A stretch of 64,000 nt of DNA from Pyrinomonadaceae bacterium (GCA_035545035.1 DASZZL010000159.1:13873-77872), one strand, 5' to 3'. Shown: positions 44,401 through 53,471, counted from the stretch's first letter. Program-made: numbers and translations. Notes: generated by a model from the sequence alone, not told the origin.

Positions 44401-45517
44401 CCGGGTGCATGTGACAGACCATGCACTGCGAAGTGGGAATCCGCGAAGTCAACTGATGTTTGATCGGATGGCCCGATTCATTTTTCGGAATGCTTACGTC
44501 CGCGCTCTGCGACACGCCAAGATTTCCAGCTGAGTTATAGAAAGCTGAATGCCGCGCATCGCGATCGTTCGCGTAGATGACGTGACACGCCGTGCATCCT
44601 GACGAACGATAATCGCCGGGATGATCATTCGTACCCAGAAAGTTCAGCGTCGGATCGAGCAGACGAGTCTTTTGCAAGCCGAGATAGACCGGATCGGTGC
44701 GCTGCGCAGTTCCGAATCCGCGCGCGCTTAGTCCCTTGTCCGGCTTCCCCGGATCTTCGTCTTTGTCTGGCAGGCCAACTTCCAAACGCCGCTTGCCGCC
44801 GCGCTCGAATACGCGCAGGACATTTCCCGGTTGCGAAATTTCCCAACGCGGCAGTGGATCGAGAAACGAGAGAATCCCTTTCAGTCTTCTTTGCTCCGCA
44901 GTTGGTTGCGGATTTTGAATCAGACTTTGCGGCGCGCCATTCTCGCCATAACTCTCGCCGAAGTTGGCGTCTTTGATCGGAAAGCCGCCGTTGTTATAAA
45001 GCGCGGCGCCCCAAAGCATCGCGCCGTGCGTCATCATGCTTTTCGCGACGCCGCTAGACTCTGTACTGTGGCACTCAGAACTGCCGCATGTTTTCCCGGC
45101 CACGCGCAAATCTCCGGGATTGATGAAACGGACGAACTCGAGACTTTCTTTCTCAAGCAGCGGCCCTGAGCGCTCGGGGACTCTGAACTTTCCCTCGCGC
45201 ATCCACTCGCGCGGAAAGCGTGGTCGCACATGCGCTGTGTCCTTCTCGGTCGCTGCCGGATTGCCGCCGTGACACGCGGTGCACGTCAAACCCAAAGCGT
45301 CTTTGCCATGATCGAGTTTGTCGAGCGTCGCCGACGGACCGAAGCGATGCATCGGTTCGATCTTGTCATGACATTTCAGGCAACCTTCGAGATTTTCGAT
45401 CGAAGCAGATGACCATGAACCCTCGGCGCGGGTACGAAAAACCAGGAATGCCACAGAGACACAGAGACACAGAGAAAAAACCAAGAGCCCACTCCTCAAT
45501 TGTGTTGATCTGATCAT
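41480..45517 (-). CDS. Multihaem c-type cytochrome (9 CXXCH + 1 CX4CH) fused to an LVIVD-repeat beta-propeller, with C-terminal TM anchor
   Basis: Haem motifs: CLKCH, CTACH, CGSSECH, CTACH, CMVCH, CVDCH, CIDCH, CFACH, CFGCH, CTDCH. Six LVIVD-like repeats ([101 protein letters not shown]). C-terminal [25 protein letters not shown]. Confidence 0.85.
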   Translation of the reverse strand: MIRSTQLRSGLLVFSLCLCVSVAFLVFRTRAEGSWSSASIENLEGCLKCHDKIEPMHRFGPSATLDKLDHGKDALGLTCTACHGGNPAATEKDTAHVRPRFPREWMREGKFRVPERSGPLLEKESLEFVRFINPGDLRVAGKTCGSSECHSTESSGVAKSMMTHGAMLWGAALYNNGGFPIKDANFGESYGENGAPQSLIQNPQPTAEQRRLKGILSFLDPLPRWEISQPGNVLRVFERGGKRRLEVGLPDKDEDPGKPDKGLSARGFGTAQRTDPVYLGLQKTRLLDPTLNFLGTNDHPGDYRSSGCTACHVIYANDRDARHSAFYNSAGNLGVSQSADVSIPKNESGHPIKHQLTSRIPTSQCMVCHMHPGENMVASYQGLIWWDNETDGEKMYPAQQHNPSQTEEQQKLNSNPEASSLRGLWSEPEFLNQTGSAEFNGQLKRAQFADFHGHGWMFRQVFKRDREGNLLDAKNGIVPPDDPDRFKKAVHLNDIHLEKGMHCVDCHFRQDAHGNGILYNEPRAAIEIGCIDCHGTIRERATLLTSGFAAGTSVKDGKFAEGPKRPLANIRFRDPNGGKVPLFQPIRNDTKKKDENGNDIALKAGDIIQNSMVVPGRWWRVKQTTDTINPNAPHPEDYSVKSRYAKTMRTDNSTWGDVPVDDKLLAHRDSNMTCFACHSSWITSCFGCHLSMQANRKMPNRHNEGGDTRNFTTYNYQVLRDDVFMLGRDGTVTGNRIAPVRSSSAVLVSSQNQNREWIYSQQQTVSAEGYSGQTFNTHVPHTVRATETKGCTDCHVSKSNDNNAWMAQLLLQGTNFVNFMGRYVYVASGDALEAVVATEHTEPQAVFGSTLQKVVYTDDYKKFVSDNRELRTAFEHKGNPRVLQVQLRGEYAYVAAGEGGLRVYDVAQIDQKGFSERITTAPVSPFGQKFYVKTRYATAVAAPSTLAVDPARWRMTTDGKMVDPETAKQMSADKLVNEEQPIHPLYAYLYVVDKFEGLILVNAATLLDGDPLNNYLKRQLDPPKYSNGAFNPDGVLTGANNIAIAGTHAYITTERELVIVSIDDPLNPKIATRIALKHPRAIAIQFRYGFVVDDDGLKVIDLTEPERAHSVEGASVQLRDARDVYVARTYAYVADGKDGVAIVDVKSPEKPRLDQLYNADGKLNDARQVKVAMTNASLFAYVADGKNGLRILQLTSPETMATYAGFSPRPEPQLIATFKTKGEALAVSKALDRDRAVDESGNQIAVFGRRGARPFSFAETQRMLRTNEGRGEAFTVADEPATAPRNPKATSATSSTIMDSGQWSAAIVAVSVLFAAVFMARRQARMRLLARDEKAIAKSAVLRLD

Positions 45518-45551
45518 TCTTTCTTTCTCTGTGTCCCTGTGCCTCTGTGGC
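45450..45551. repeat. Family D MITE-like element (copy 2), overlapping the cytochrome start
   Basis: GCCACAGAGACACAGAGACACAGAGAAAAAA ... TCTCTGTGTCCCTGTGCCTCTGTGGC. Confidence 0.8.
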
Positions 45552-45556
45552 TTAAT

Positions 45557-47704
45557 TCAAAAAATAAACTTCACTTGCGCGAACAAATTGAACAACGGCT
45601 TGCTCGGATTAATAATCGTGTTGTCCGCGGTGCAGAAGTCTCTCAAGTTCGGCGGACAGTCCGTCGCCGCGTTCGTGTAGATATCGCGAAAGCCGCGTCC
45701 CGGTTTCAAAGTCGCCGCGCCGAACGTCATCGTCACGTTGTTAATTAAGAACGGGCGATACGCGACGCCAAGACTGTAGTCCCAGCCAATTTCGTGTCGA
45801 ATGTGGGGTTGAAACAGAACGTATTCGAGCGACTCGGTGCGATGAAAGCGCAGATAGTTCGCGTTAAAAACTGCTTTCAAGCGCTGCGTAATTTCCACGT
45901 CCACGCCCGCGTTGTAAATAAAGATTCCCGGATTGACGAAGTTCGCCTGCCCTTCGATCTTGCTGCTGCGCAACGACGGCAAGATGCTGTTCGCCTGCAC
46001 CAGGCCGACTCCTGTTTGCGTCAGGCGTATGCCGTTACGATTCCAGAACGAGAATTGTCCGCCGACGAAATTCGGATCGTCGAAGATCGCGTCAAAACCT
46101 GTCGCCTTTCCGTCCGTCGGATTCTTATCGCCCTGCGCCCAGAAAACCGATCCGCGAAAACGAAAATAATCTTTATCGATCGACGCTTCGGTTGCGGCCA
46201 TTTGCGAGCTGATGTGAACTGATCGCCCAGCAATCGGATTACGATCGTCGCGACCGAATGCGTAATAGTAAGAGTTCGTCAGGTTAAGCCGGCCGACATG
46301 GCCGTCGCCGTTGACGCCAACATAGCCAACCTTGATCGCGTGTGGTCGCACGTCGCCAATCAATGCAGGACGGACCAGAAAACCGTTGCGATCGAATTTG
46401 TGGCTGCGACGATCGTCGTTGTAAAGCGCGCTCGCCTGAATCGTGTAACCCTTTTTGATGAAGTCCTGACGAAAAATGTTCGCGACGTAAACGTTCTGAT
46501 GCCGCAAATCGAAACGATTCAGCCCACTGTTCGTGTCCTTCTCAAGCTGGGCGAAGTAAGCGGCGTTGTACTGGTAACGATTGTTATCAAAGCTGCCGAA
46601 GATGCGCGCGCCCAGATTGTTGTCTGAAAAGATGAAGCCGCGAAAATCGGAAACGAATGGTTGAATGCCGACGCGCGCGGAGATGAAATCAAAATTCGCG
46701 TTGACGTCGGCAAGCTTCACTTCACCGAACGCTTCTTCCAGCGAAACCTGCGTATCGGTGCGATTCGTGCCACGGCGCACATCGATGTTGACGACGCCGT
46801 TTTCGCGCGCGTTGAGGTAGTTCGGCAGACTGAAAGTCGGCGAAATCTTGATCGCCCAGTCGCGCGGCTTGTAGGTCGAATCGCCGTGGAACATCTCAAA
46901 CGTAAACTGGAAAGTTTGATTTACGGCGAGGGCTTCCGGCTGACCAAAAAACTCGGCGCTGCCCGGACGTGCGCTGCTGACATCCGAAGGCGTCGGCGTG
47001 CGCCGCAGCTCGACATCGGTCGAACTCACCGCCGAAAGGATCATGAACGTCTTGTTGCCGATGATCGGGTAATCGCCTTTCAACTTACTCTGATGATAAG
47101 GGTCATACCAATGGCCCTTCGTGAAGGGAATGTCGCGTCCGCGCGCGCCTTTGTCGCCGTAGCGATCGTATTCGGGAAAGCCTATGCGCCAGCGGTCGCG
47201 CACCGCGCGGCGATCCGTCTGCGTCTGCGGTTCCGACTCGACGCTCTTCTCGCCGGCGGCGCCCGAAGGCTTGCGTTCGGGAATGCTGACGAGCGGCTTC
47301 TCTTCTCTCTTCTCGACTTCAAAATCGATCTTGGTTTCTTTACCTTGGCTGACGATAACGTTCTCCAGCACGTCGTCGCGGATCACGGCGTGTTCGCCGT
47401 AATTCTTCGCCTTATCAAACTTCGCGACGTAAGGTGGTGCCACCGTTACGCGATAGGCGCCCGCAGGGAGTCGCGCTGCATAGCGTCCGTCGGCGCCGAC
47501 GCGGGCGCGCGTGACTCTGCTCGTTACTTGATTGGTCAGCACCACGACCACGCCGGCCGCCACAGGATGAACCACACCGGTAATGCTTCCGCGGCCTTGT
47601 CCGAGAGCAAGAGTTGCGGACGCCAGTATCAACACGACCACGGCGCGCGCGCCTGAGGCGCGTAGTCCCAACCTGGAAAGCCGCGTTTTCATCAGCCAGG
47701 TCAT
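45557..47704 (-). CDS. Predicted outer-membrane beta-barrel protein with N-terminal CarboxypepD_reg-like domain
   Basis: Signal, GSITGVVHP..RVGADGRYAARLPAGAYRVTV, long alternating-hydrophobicity region, terminal ..NLFAQVKFIF (aromatic C-terminus). Confidence 0.65.
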   Translation of the reverse strand: MTWLMKTRLSRLGLRASGARAVVVLILASATLALGQGRGSITGVVHPVAAGVVVVLTNQVTSRVTRARVGADGRYAARLPAGAYRVTVAPPYVAKFDKAKNYGEHAVIRDDVLENVIVSQGKETKIDFEVEKREEKPLVSIPERKPSGAAGEKSVESEPQTQTDRRAVRDRWRIGFPEYDRYGDKGARGRDIPFTKGHWYDPYHQSKLKGDYPIIGNKTFMILSAVSSTDVELRRTPTPSDVSSARPGSAEFFGQPEALAVNQTFQFTFEMFHGDSTYKPRDWAIKISPTFSLPNYLNARENGVVNIDVRRGTNRTDTQVSLEEAFGEVKLADVNANFDFISARVGIQPFVSDFRGFIFSDNNLGARIFGSFDNNRYQYNAAYFAQLEKDTNSGLNRFDLRHQNVYVANIFRQDFIKKGYTIQASALYNDDRRSHKFDRNGFLVRPALIGDVRPHAIKVGYVGVNGDGHVGRLNLTNSYYYAFGRDDRNPIAGRSVHISSQMAATEASIDKDYFRFRGSVFWAQGDKNPTDGKATGFDAIFDDPNFVGGQFSFWNRNGIRLTQTGVGLVQANSILPSLRSSKIEGQANFVNPGIFIYNAGVDVEITQRLKAVFNANYLRFHRTESLEYVLFQPHIRHEIGWDYSLGVAYRPFLINNVTMTFGAATLKPGRGFRDIYTNAATDCPPNLRDFCTADNTIINPSKPLFNLFAQVKFIF

Positions 47705-47832
47705 TTCAGCCGCTCGACAAATCAGACGCTAAGTTTGCACAAATACGATGTTGATTTGATAAGGTCTTGTAGCATAGGAGTCGCGAGCTATCAATCAAAA
47801 TCTCGTAAGTACGACACGCAGGAAAACGTGCT

Positions 47833-47860
47833 TTGACTCACTCGCGATTAATGATAGATT
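47833..47860 (+). promoter_or_regulatory. Possible sigma70-type promoter (TTGACT-16 nt-TAGATT)
   Basis: Pattern match in the AT-rich 200-nt divergent intergenic region, 46 nt upstream of ATG 47906. Confidence 0.3.
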
Positions 47861-47905
47861 GCCCGCAGAAGCCGAGATCGCAGCTTCGCACTGCCGGCAC
47901 GTCCA

Positions 47906-50065
47906 ATGATGACTAAGCCCTTAGCCAATCGCGTGCGCTATCTGCTGGCTCTATCGATCTGTGCACTCTCGCTTTTGGCTGCGCCAAATCTTACGCGTCC
48001 TCGCGCGCAGGCCAATCGACCGACGCTGATCAGCGAAGAGACTTCAACCCGGGCAGTCGCGGTTGATTCAGTGACGCAAACGCGCGAGCCCTTCGCCGTG
48101 ACTTCGCCGGTGAACTGGAGCAACGACAATCGAACTCGCATCATGCTCTTTGCGATGGGCGTGAGTTTGCAAGCCGATGAGAATGCGTCGGCGGTCACTG
48201 CGGACGCCGAAGATGGCGCGCACAATATCTATCATTTGATGGTCGAGTATGTCGGGCCCGTTCCTGAGCAGGAATGGATGAGTTCGATCATCGTTTGTCT
48301 CAACGATCAAATGAGCGACGTGGGCGACGTGCTGGTCGGAATTAGTTACCACGGCGTCGCCAGCAATCGCGTGCGCGTCGGCATCGGCCACGTGGGCGAC
48401 GGGCCGCCGGATGATCCCGGCTCTGTTCCAACTCCCGGGACGATCGCGCCGCCGCCGCAACCCGCAACCACCGCGGGCACGCTCACGACTTCCGAAGTGC
48501 AGACGATCATCGCGCAGGCTGTTTCCACCGCGGCACAGTTGGGTCATCCCGTCACTGTCGCAGTCACTGATCGAGAGGCAAACGTCCTTGGCGTTTTCAA
48601 GATGACCGGCGCGCCCGCGACGACACAGTTTCGTGGCGGCGGGCCAGGGCCTTCGCAAATTCCGAATCCGATTACCGGTTTCGTTTCTACGGGTCTCGAC
48701 GGAACGATTGTCCCCGCAAAGCTCGCGGCGATTTCGAAGGCCGCGACCGCGTCAATCTTTAGCACGAGAGGTAATGCGTTCACTTCGCGCACTGCCAGCT
48801 TCATCATTCAGGAACACTTCCCGCCCGGCGTCGATTTCAAACCGGGCGGACCGCTTTACGGCGTGCAGTTTTCGTCGCTTCCTTGCGGAGACATCAAGAT
48901 TCCCGGACTGCCTTTGGGTCTTAGTGGCGATCCTGGCAGCGTTCCGATTTACAAGAATGGCGAGGCGGTCGGCGGCGTCGGCATCGAGGGCGACGGCGTT
49001 TACACGGTCGATCGCGACCCAGCGGATTTCGATCAGCCGTTTGAAGAAGTGATTGCGGTTTCGGGTGCGCGCGGTTTTGAAGCTCCATCTCTGGTTCGCG
49101 GCGACAACATTCTGGTTGATGGAATTCGACTCGCTTATCAGAACGTGACCAACGCGCCTGCTCCGCCAACCATCGCGTTTGGCATTCTGCCCGGCGCCGT
49201 CGATCTGCTGTTTCCGATTCGCGCGGCGCAGCCGTCGGAATTCACAGCCGCCGTTGTCGGCGGCATCGCCGGCGAAGTGGATACGCGTTTCTTTCCATTT
49301 GTCGCCAGCCCGACGGTCACCGCAAATTCGCTGACGGCATCCGACGTCAACACGATCATCTCGCACGGCGCGCAGCAGGCAAACATCACGCGCGCCGCCA
49401 TCCGCCAGCCGCTCGGCAGCAACGCGCGCGTCACGATTGCGGTCGTGGACGCGAACGGCGTTGTCCTCGGAATCTTTCGCACTTTGGATGCACCCGTGTT
49501 TGGTTTTGACGTGTCAGTGCAGAAGGCGCGCACGGCCGCGTTTTTCTCGCGCGCGAATGCTGGAGTATTATTGAGCGGCGCGGGTTTTGGTTCTTACGTC
49601 AGCCGCGCCGCGAGCGACGGTGTGCAGCTTAACGGCGCGATCGCTTTGAGTGATCGAGCGATTGGTTTTTTGCATCGCCCGTTTTTCCCGGACGGAATCA
49701 ACAACACCGCGCCGGGTCCATTCAGTACGCCGATCGATCAATGGAGCGTCTTCAACGTAGGGCTGCAAGGCGATCTAATCAAAGCGAATCTGCAGACAGT
49801 TCTTTCAGGCGGCGCCGCGCCTTGCACTGCGCTTCCCAACTTGCCGAATGGGCTGCAAATCTTTGCGGGCAGCATCCCCCTTTACAAAAACGGCGAACTT
49901 GTCGGCGCGATCGGAATCAGCGGCGACGGCATCGATCAGGACGATTTGATTGCCGCCGGGGGAGCCGTTGGCTACACTCCAGCCGTTGGCATTCGCTCAG
50001 ATCAGTTTTTTGTGCGCAGCGTGCGTCTGCCGTTCGTGAAATTTCCGCGCAGCCCGAACCTTTGA
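47906..50065 (+). CDS. Secreted protein with two GlcG/HbpS-like (DUF336) haem-binding domains
   Basis: Signal ..LALSICALSLLAAPNLTRPRAQA. LTTSEVQTIIAQAVSTAAQLGHPVTVAVTDREANVLGVFKM..IPIYKNGEAVGGVGIEGDG and LTASDVNTIISHGAQQA..VTIAVVDANGVVLGIFR..IPLYKNGELVGAIGISGDGIDQDD. Confidence 0.75.
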   Translation: MMTKPLANRVRYLLALSICALSLLAAPNLTRPRAQANRPTLISEETSTRAVAVDSVTQTREPFAVTSPVNWSNDNRTRIMLFAMGVSLQADENASAVTADAEDGAHNIYHLMVEYVGPVPEQEWMSSIIVCLNDQMSDVGDVLVGISYHGVASNRVRVGIGHVGDGPPDDPGSVPTPGTIAPPPQPATTAGTLTTSEVQTIIAQAVSTAAQLGHPVTVAVTDREANVLGVFKMTGAPATTQFRGGGPGPSQIPNPITGFVSTGLDGTIVPAKLAAISKAATASIFSTRGNAFTSRTASFIIQEHFPPGVDFKPGGPLYGVQFSSLPCGDIKIPGLPLGLSGDPGSVPIYKNGEAVGGVGIEGDGVYTVDRDPADFDQPFEEVIAVSGARGFEAPSLVRGDNILVDGIRLAYQNVTNAPAPPTIAFGILPGAVDLLFPIRAAQPSEFTAAVVGGIAGEVDTRFFPFVASPTVTANSLTASDVNTIISHGAQQANITRAAIRQPLGSNARVTIAVVDANGVVLGIFRTLDAPVFGFDVSVQKARTAAFFSRANAGVLLSGAGFGSYVSRAASDGVQLNGAIALSDRAIGFLHRPFFPDGINNTAPGPFSTPIDQWSVFNVGLQGDLIKANLQTVLSGGAAPCTALPNLPNGLQIFAGSIPLYKNGELVGAIGISGDGIDQDDLIAAGGAVGYTPAVGIRSDQFFVRSVRLPFVKFPRSPNL

Positions 50066-50094
50066 GTCAGAACCGCCTGCGGTAGCGGGCGGGT
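50066..50094 (+). repeat. Family B half-site
   Basis: GTCAGAACCGCCTGCGGTAGCGGGCGGGT starts directly after stop 50063-50065. Confidence 0.7.
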
Positions 50095-50116
50095 TGATCC
50101 CAGAAGAGACGATTTC

Positions 50117-50917
50117 ATGAGTTCACGAGCAATCCGCTTGATTCTTTTCAGTGTTGTCGTGCTCTCGATTGTCGTGACTAACTTTGTCGCTCACACTCAA
50201 GCTCCACAAGCGACGCGCGGCGTCATCCGGTTGAAGGTCAAATACAAAACCGGCGACGTGCCAAAGGAGCTTCCACGCAGGCGCTTCTTTCTGATCAAAG
50301 GCAGTCTCGAAGAAAACAAAAGCCTTATCGAAAAGATCAAGCAGGCCTCGCTTCAATCGCGCGAGTGTTATTACCGAAGCCTTGGCGCCAGCGAAGCCTT
50401 GATCAAGTGGCTGAAGGAGAGCAATTGCGAATCCATATATTGTCGCGAGATTGAAGAAAGGTATGTCATCGGCAGCGAGGCTGTGCCGGAATTTCAAGCG
50501 GCCTACAGTCGAGGGCTGCGCGATTTCAAAACTCCCGAGCTGGCGCGAAGATGGCTCGCTGTCAATCTTTCCATGGAATTACGCGCCGGCTTTTACAACC
50601 AGAAGCAGGAAGCCATCAACTCGCTGGTGGCGCAGGCCGAAAGTACAACCAAGACCAAAGTGATGTCGGTGATGACGGATCGCAAAGGCACGGCATATCT
50701 AACCGATATCGAGCCCGGCATGTACACGATCTCGAATCTCGTCGGCAGTGAAACTGAAAAGACGAGCATCCTGTGGGCCTGCGAGAAAGAAGTGAAAGCA
50801 GTGGATCTGGCGGTGGCGATGAAAAGGCCTTTCACTCTGTCGAATGAGAAGGACCCGAAAGTTAAGTGCGAGATCGTCGAACGACCGCTACCGGTTTGTG
50901 AGAAGACGGTTAAGTGA
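50117..50917 (+). CDS. Secreted hypothetical protein
   Basis: Signal MSSRAIRLILFSVVVLSIVVTNFVAHTQA. No catalytic motif. One CarboxypepD_reg-like stretch (TDRKGTAYLTDIEPGMYTISN). Confidence 0.6.
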   Translation: MSSRAIRLILFSVVVLSIVVTNFVAHTQAPQATRGVIRLKVKYKTGDVPKELPRRRFFLIKGSLEENKSLIEKIKQASLQSRECYYRSLGASEALIKWLKESNCESIYCREIEERYVIGSEAVPEFQAAYSRGLRDFKTPELARRWLAVNLSMELRAGFYNQKQEAINSLVAQAESTTKTKVMSVMTDRKGTAYLTDIEPGMYTISNLVGSETEKTSILWACEKEVKAVDLAVAMKRPFTLSNEKDPKVKCEIVERPLPVCEKTVK

Positions 50918-50927
50918 GACCGCCTAT

Positions 50928-51024
50928 GGAGTGCGGTGGCAAGCGTAGCGCGACACCGCTTTGGATATTTGCCAAGGCCGAAACCAAAGCGCCGTCGCCG
51001 GCAACGCTTCGGCCGGCGCACTCC
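50928..51024 (+). repeat. 97-bp palindromic element (family C, copy 1)
   Basis: GGAGTGCGGTGGCAAGCGTAGCGCGACACCGCTTTGG...CCAAAGCGCCGTCGCCGGCAACGCTTCGGCCGGCGCACTCC. Near-identical copy at 54112-54208. Confidence 0.85.
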
Positions 51025-51026
51025 AA

Positions 51027-52130
51027 ATGAATTTGTCGAACGCTTTGATGTCACGTCGAACCATTCTCTTGCTAATCTCTGTCGCGTGCGCCGCGGTGTT
51101 AACTGGCGCGCAGACTCGCCATCCGAAGCGCGTCTCGAAACCCGCTTCAACTACACGACCAGCTCCGAGCCGATCGGCCGCCAAGTATTCGGCGTTTCTC
51201 CATTCGTCTGAGAAACACAAGAGCCTCGCGTGCAACGCCTGCCACAAGCTGCCGACCGCGTGGACGGCGAAGAGAGATTTTCCCGACGCCGCAGACTTTC
51301 CCGATCACGATGCGTGTGTGCGTTGCCACCGGCAACAATTCTTTACGCGGCAAGCGTTCGTCGGCACCGGCCCGACGATTTGCACAGTCTGTCATGTGCG
51401 CGCCGCGCCGCGCGAAGATGCGCGCTTTGCTTTTGGCAAGCCTAATAACACGAATCAATCTGCGAAGCCGAAAGAAGAACGCCAGTTCACGATTGAGTTT
51501 CCGCACGACAAACATCAGAACGTGATCGCATCGCTGCGTCGTCGGGCCGAGGAAGAAGATAACGTTCGCTTAATTCGTGCTTCATTTTTCGGACCAGCCG
51601 CACCAGACGACAAGAAACCTGACTACAACAACTGCTCGATTTGTCACGTAACGAATCATAAAGTGCCGGCCGCTTTAGCGGATTCGTTCCTGCCGCCGGC
51701 CGGAACTTTCAAGACAATGCCCCACGCGCACGATGCGTGTTTCGATTGTCATTGGAAAAGTCAGAAGCCGGCCAGCGACGACTGCGCCGGATGCCATAAA
51801 CTTGCCGCCACGTTTGTCGCGATGGATTGGCCGCAGCGCAAGTCCGCGAAGTTCAGTCATGAGGGTGGCAAAGAAAATCATGTTCAGGAGTGCACGACCT
51901 GTCACATCAACATTACCAGGGCAAGCACGCTGCAGGGATTAACTCCCGACGTTCCGATTACGGCGTGTGCGACGTGCCACAAGGACAACAAGAAAATTAC
52001 GTATCCGAAGATCACAACGATTGAAGAAGAGCTTGCGCAGTTCAAGAAAACGAGCAACTGCACGTATTGCCACGCGTCAGATGTTGGGAAGAAGAAGCCG
52101 CCGGCGAGTCATGAGGCGGCGGTGCAGTAA
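51027..52130 (+). CDS. Nonahaem c-type cytochrome (c3/c7-like multihaem family)
   Basis: ATG 51027 gives signal MNLSNALMSRRTILLLISVACAAVLTGAQ. Haem motifs: CNACH, CVRCH, CTVCH, CSICH, CFDCH, CAGCH, CTTCH, CATCH, CTYCH. Confidence 0.85.
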   Translation: MNLSNALMSRRTILLLISVACAAVLTGAQTRHPKRVSKPASTTRPAPSRSAAKYSAFLHSSEKHKSLACNACHKLPTAWTAKRDFPDAADFPDHDACVRCHRQQFFTRQAFVGTGPTICTVCHVRAAPREDARFAFGKPNNTNQSAKPKEERQFTIEFPHDKHQNVIASLRRRAEEEDNVRLIRASFFGPAAPDDKKPDYNNCSICHVTNHKVPAALADSFLPPAGTFKTMPHAHDACFDCHWKSQKPASDDCAGCHKLAATFVAMDWPQRKSAKFSHEGGKENHVQECTTCHINITRASTLQGLTPDVPITACATCHKDNKKITYPKITTIEEELAQFKKTSNCTYCHASDVGKKKPPASHEAAVQ

Positions 52131-52600
52131 GACAAGGAAAAAGTAAAAAGGTAAAAGGCAAAAAGAAGAGAGTGGTAAGAACAAACAGTGTGAAATTGAG
52201 TTAGAGGATCAAATCGAGCGGGATTGGAGCAAACCACCTGCTGTGATGAGCGCACTACGCAAAGAAGTGACGGAACATGAGAGCACTCAGTCAGCCCGCG
52301 TTCAGCGGGCGGCAGAATATAGCCCCAGGCGTAAGCCTGGGGTTGGGTTCACAACTGATGACCTGAGCCCCGCAAGGGGCGACAGAGATTCAGATCCAAA
52401 GCTTGAGAGTAAGCAAAACGTCTGCCGCCCTCTTCGAGGGCTTGCTGGAATTGTGTCTTATCTTAACCCCGGGCTTACGCCAGGGGCTACACTCTGCCGC
52501 CATCTCCGATGGCTGGTTGAGCGGTCTCTTCTTAGGAGAGCAAGAGCCAGCGCAGTTTTGTTTTTTTCCTTTTTCCTTTTTCCTTTTTCCTTCTCGGCTG
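52131..52600. repeat. Composite intergenic structure: purine word array, inverted pair of REP family A-like units, pyrimidine word array
   Basis: 52135-52175 GGAAAAAGTAAAAAGGTAAAAGGCAAAAAG vs 52556-52598 TTTTTTTCCTTTTTCCTTTTTCCTTTTTCC. Hairpins CAGCCCGC-GTTCA-GCGGGCGG, CCCCAGGC-GTAA-GCCTGGGG, GCCCCGCAAGGGGC, CCCTC-TTC-GAGGG, CCCCGGGCTTACGCCAGGGG. Confidence 0.75.
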
Positions 52601-53358
52601 CGCCGCAGGGCAACGACCAGGACTATTCGAAGTTTCTGCACACGAGTCAGCGTCATGCGTCGGTTGCGTGTTCGGCTTGTCATCATCGAAATGACAACTC
52701 AGCTCAGCCCATCTTCCCTGGTCACAAAGACTGTACCGGATGTCATCTGACGCAGTTCACCACGCCTAACGTGCCCATGTGCTCGATCTGCCACACGAGC
52801 GTGAACGGTAACGATCCCCCGCGAAAGCCTTTCCCTGGCAGCTTCAAAGAAAGCTTCAACATGAAATTCGATCATGCCCAGCACATGACGGGCGCGGCGC
52901 GTCCAAAGAGCGGCTGCGTTGCTTGTCACAGCTCGCCGCTGAGACGCGGCGTCGCGTTATCCATCCCGGCCGGGTTGTCTGCGCACAATCAGTGCTACAC
53001 CTGCCACACTCCGAAACTCCAAGCGAATGGACGCGACATCGCGTCGTGCAAGACGTGCCACGATCAAAAATCGTACGCGAGAACTCCGACCAATACCGCG
53101 GCGTTTGGTCTCTCTTTCAGTCACGTGCAACACGGCACGCGCCAACGTCTGGCTTGCGCGGATTGTCACAACTACACGGCCGGATTGCTACAACGGCGAC
53201 AGGTCAGTTCAACGCGCGCCCTGGCGCACTTCCCGAGCGGAAACAACACGTGCGCGAGCTGTCACAATGGAAAGCGATCCTTTGGCGGTGATCTGAACTT
53301 CAAAGATTGCCGGCGATGTCACGCCGGGCAGACGTTTCGGTTGGGCACGGGGCAGTAG
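52243..53358 (+). CDS. Nonahaem c-type cytochrome, paralog of 51027..52130 (start codon uncertain)
   Basis: Haem motifs: CSACH, CTGCH, CSICH, CVACH, CYTCH, CKTCH, CADCH, CASCH, CRRCH. The mature part starts about 52600. Everything from 52243 to about 52600 is repeat-derived, so the true start is unresolved. Confidence 0.75.
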   Translation: MMSALRKEVTEHESTQSARVQRAAEYSPRRKPGVGFTTDDLSPARGDRDSDPKLESKQNVCRPLRGLAGIVSYLNPGLTPGATLCRHLRWLVERSLLRRARASAVLFFSFFLFPFSFSAAPQGNDQDYSKFLHTSQRHASVACSACHHRNDNSAQPIFPGHKDCTGCHLTQFTTPNVPMCSICHTSVNGNDPPRKPFPGSFKESFNMKFDHAQHMTGAARPKSGCVACHSSPLRRGVALSIPAGLSAHNQCYTCHTPKLQANGRDIASCKTCHDQKSYARTPTNTAAFGLSFSHVQHGTRQRLACADCHNYTAGLLQRRQVSSTRALAHFPSGNNTCASCHNGKRSFGGDLNFKDCRRCHAGQTFRLGTGQ

Positions 53359-53471
53359 CCCGGCTGTAAGGGAGCGCGCTAAGTTAATAATAAGGAAACC
53401 GAGACCGCTCCGCGTGCATCGAACGAGTCCAGTTTGACAAGCTTTCGATCACGTTCATAAGATTGGCCGAT

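Noticed and set aside
46661-47656. 331-aa plus-strand ORF (and 43412..44212, 14852..15628, 61951..62709, 48068..48658 and similar)
   Set aside because: All lie opposite long genes with strong motif support (barrel protein, multihaem cytochrome, dihaem protein, A2M, GlcG protein) and have Arg-rich low-complexity translations.
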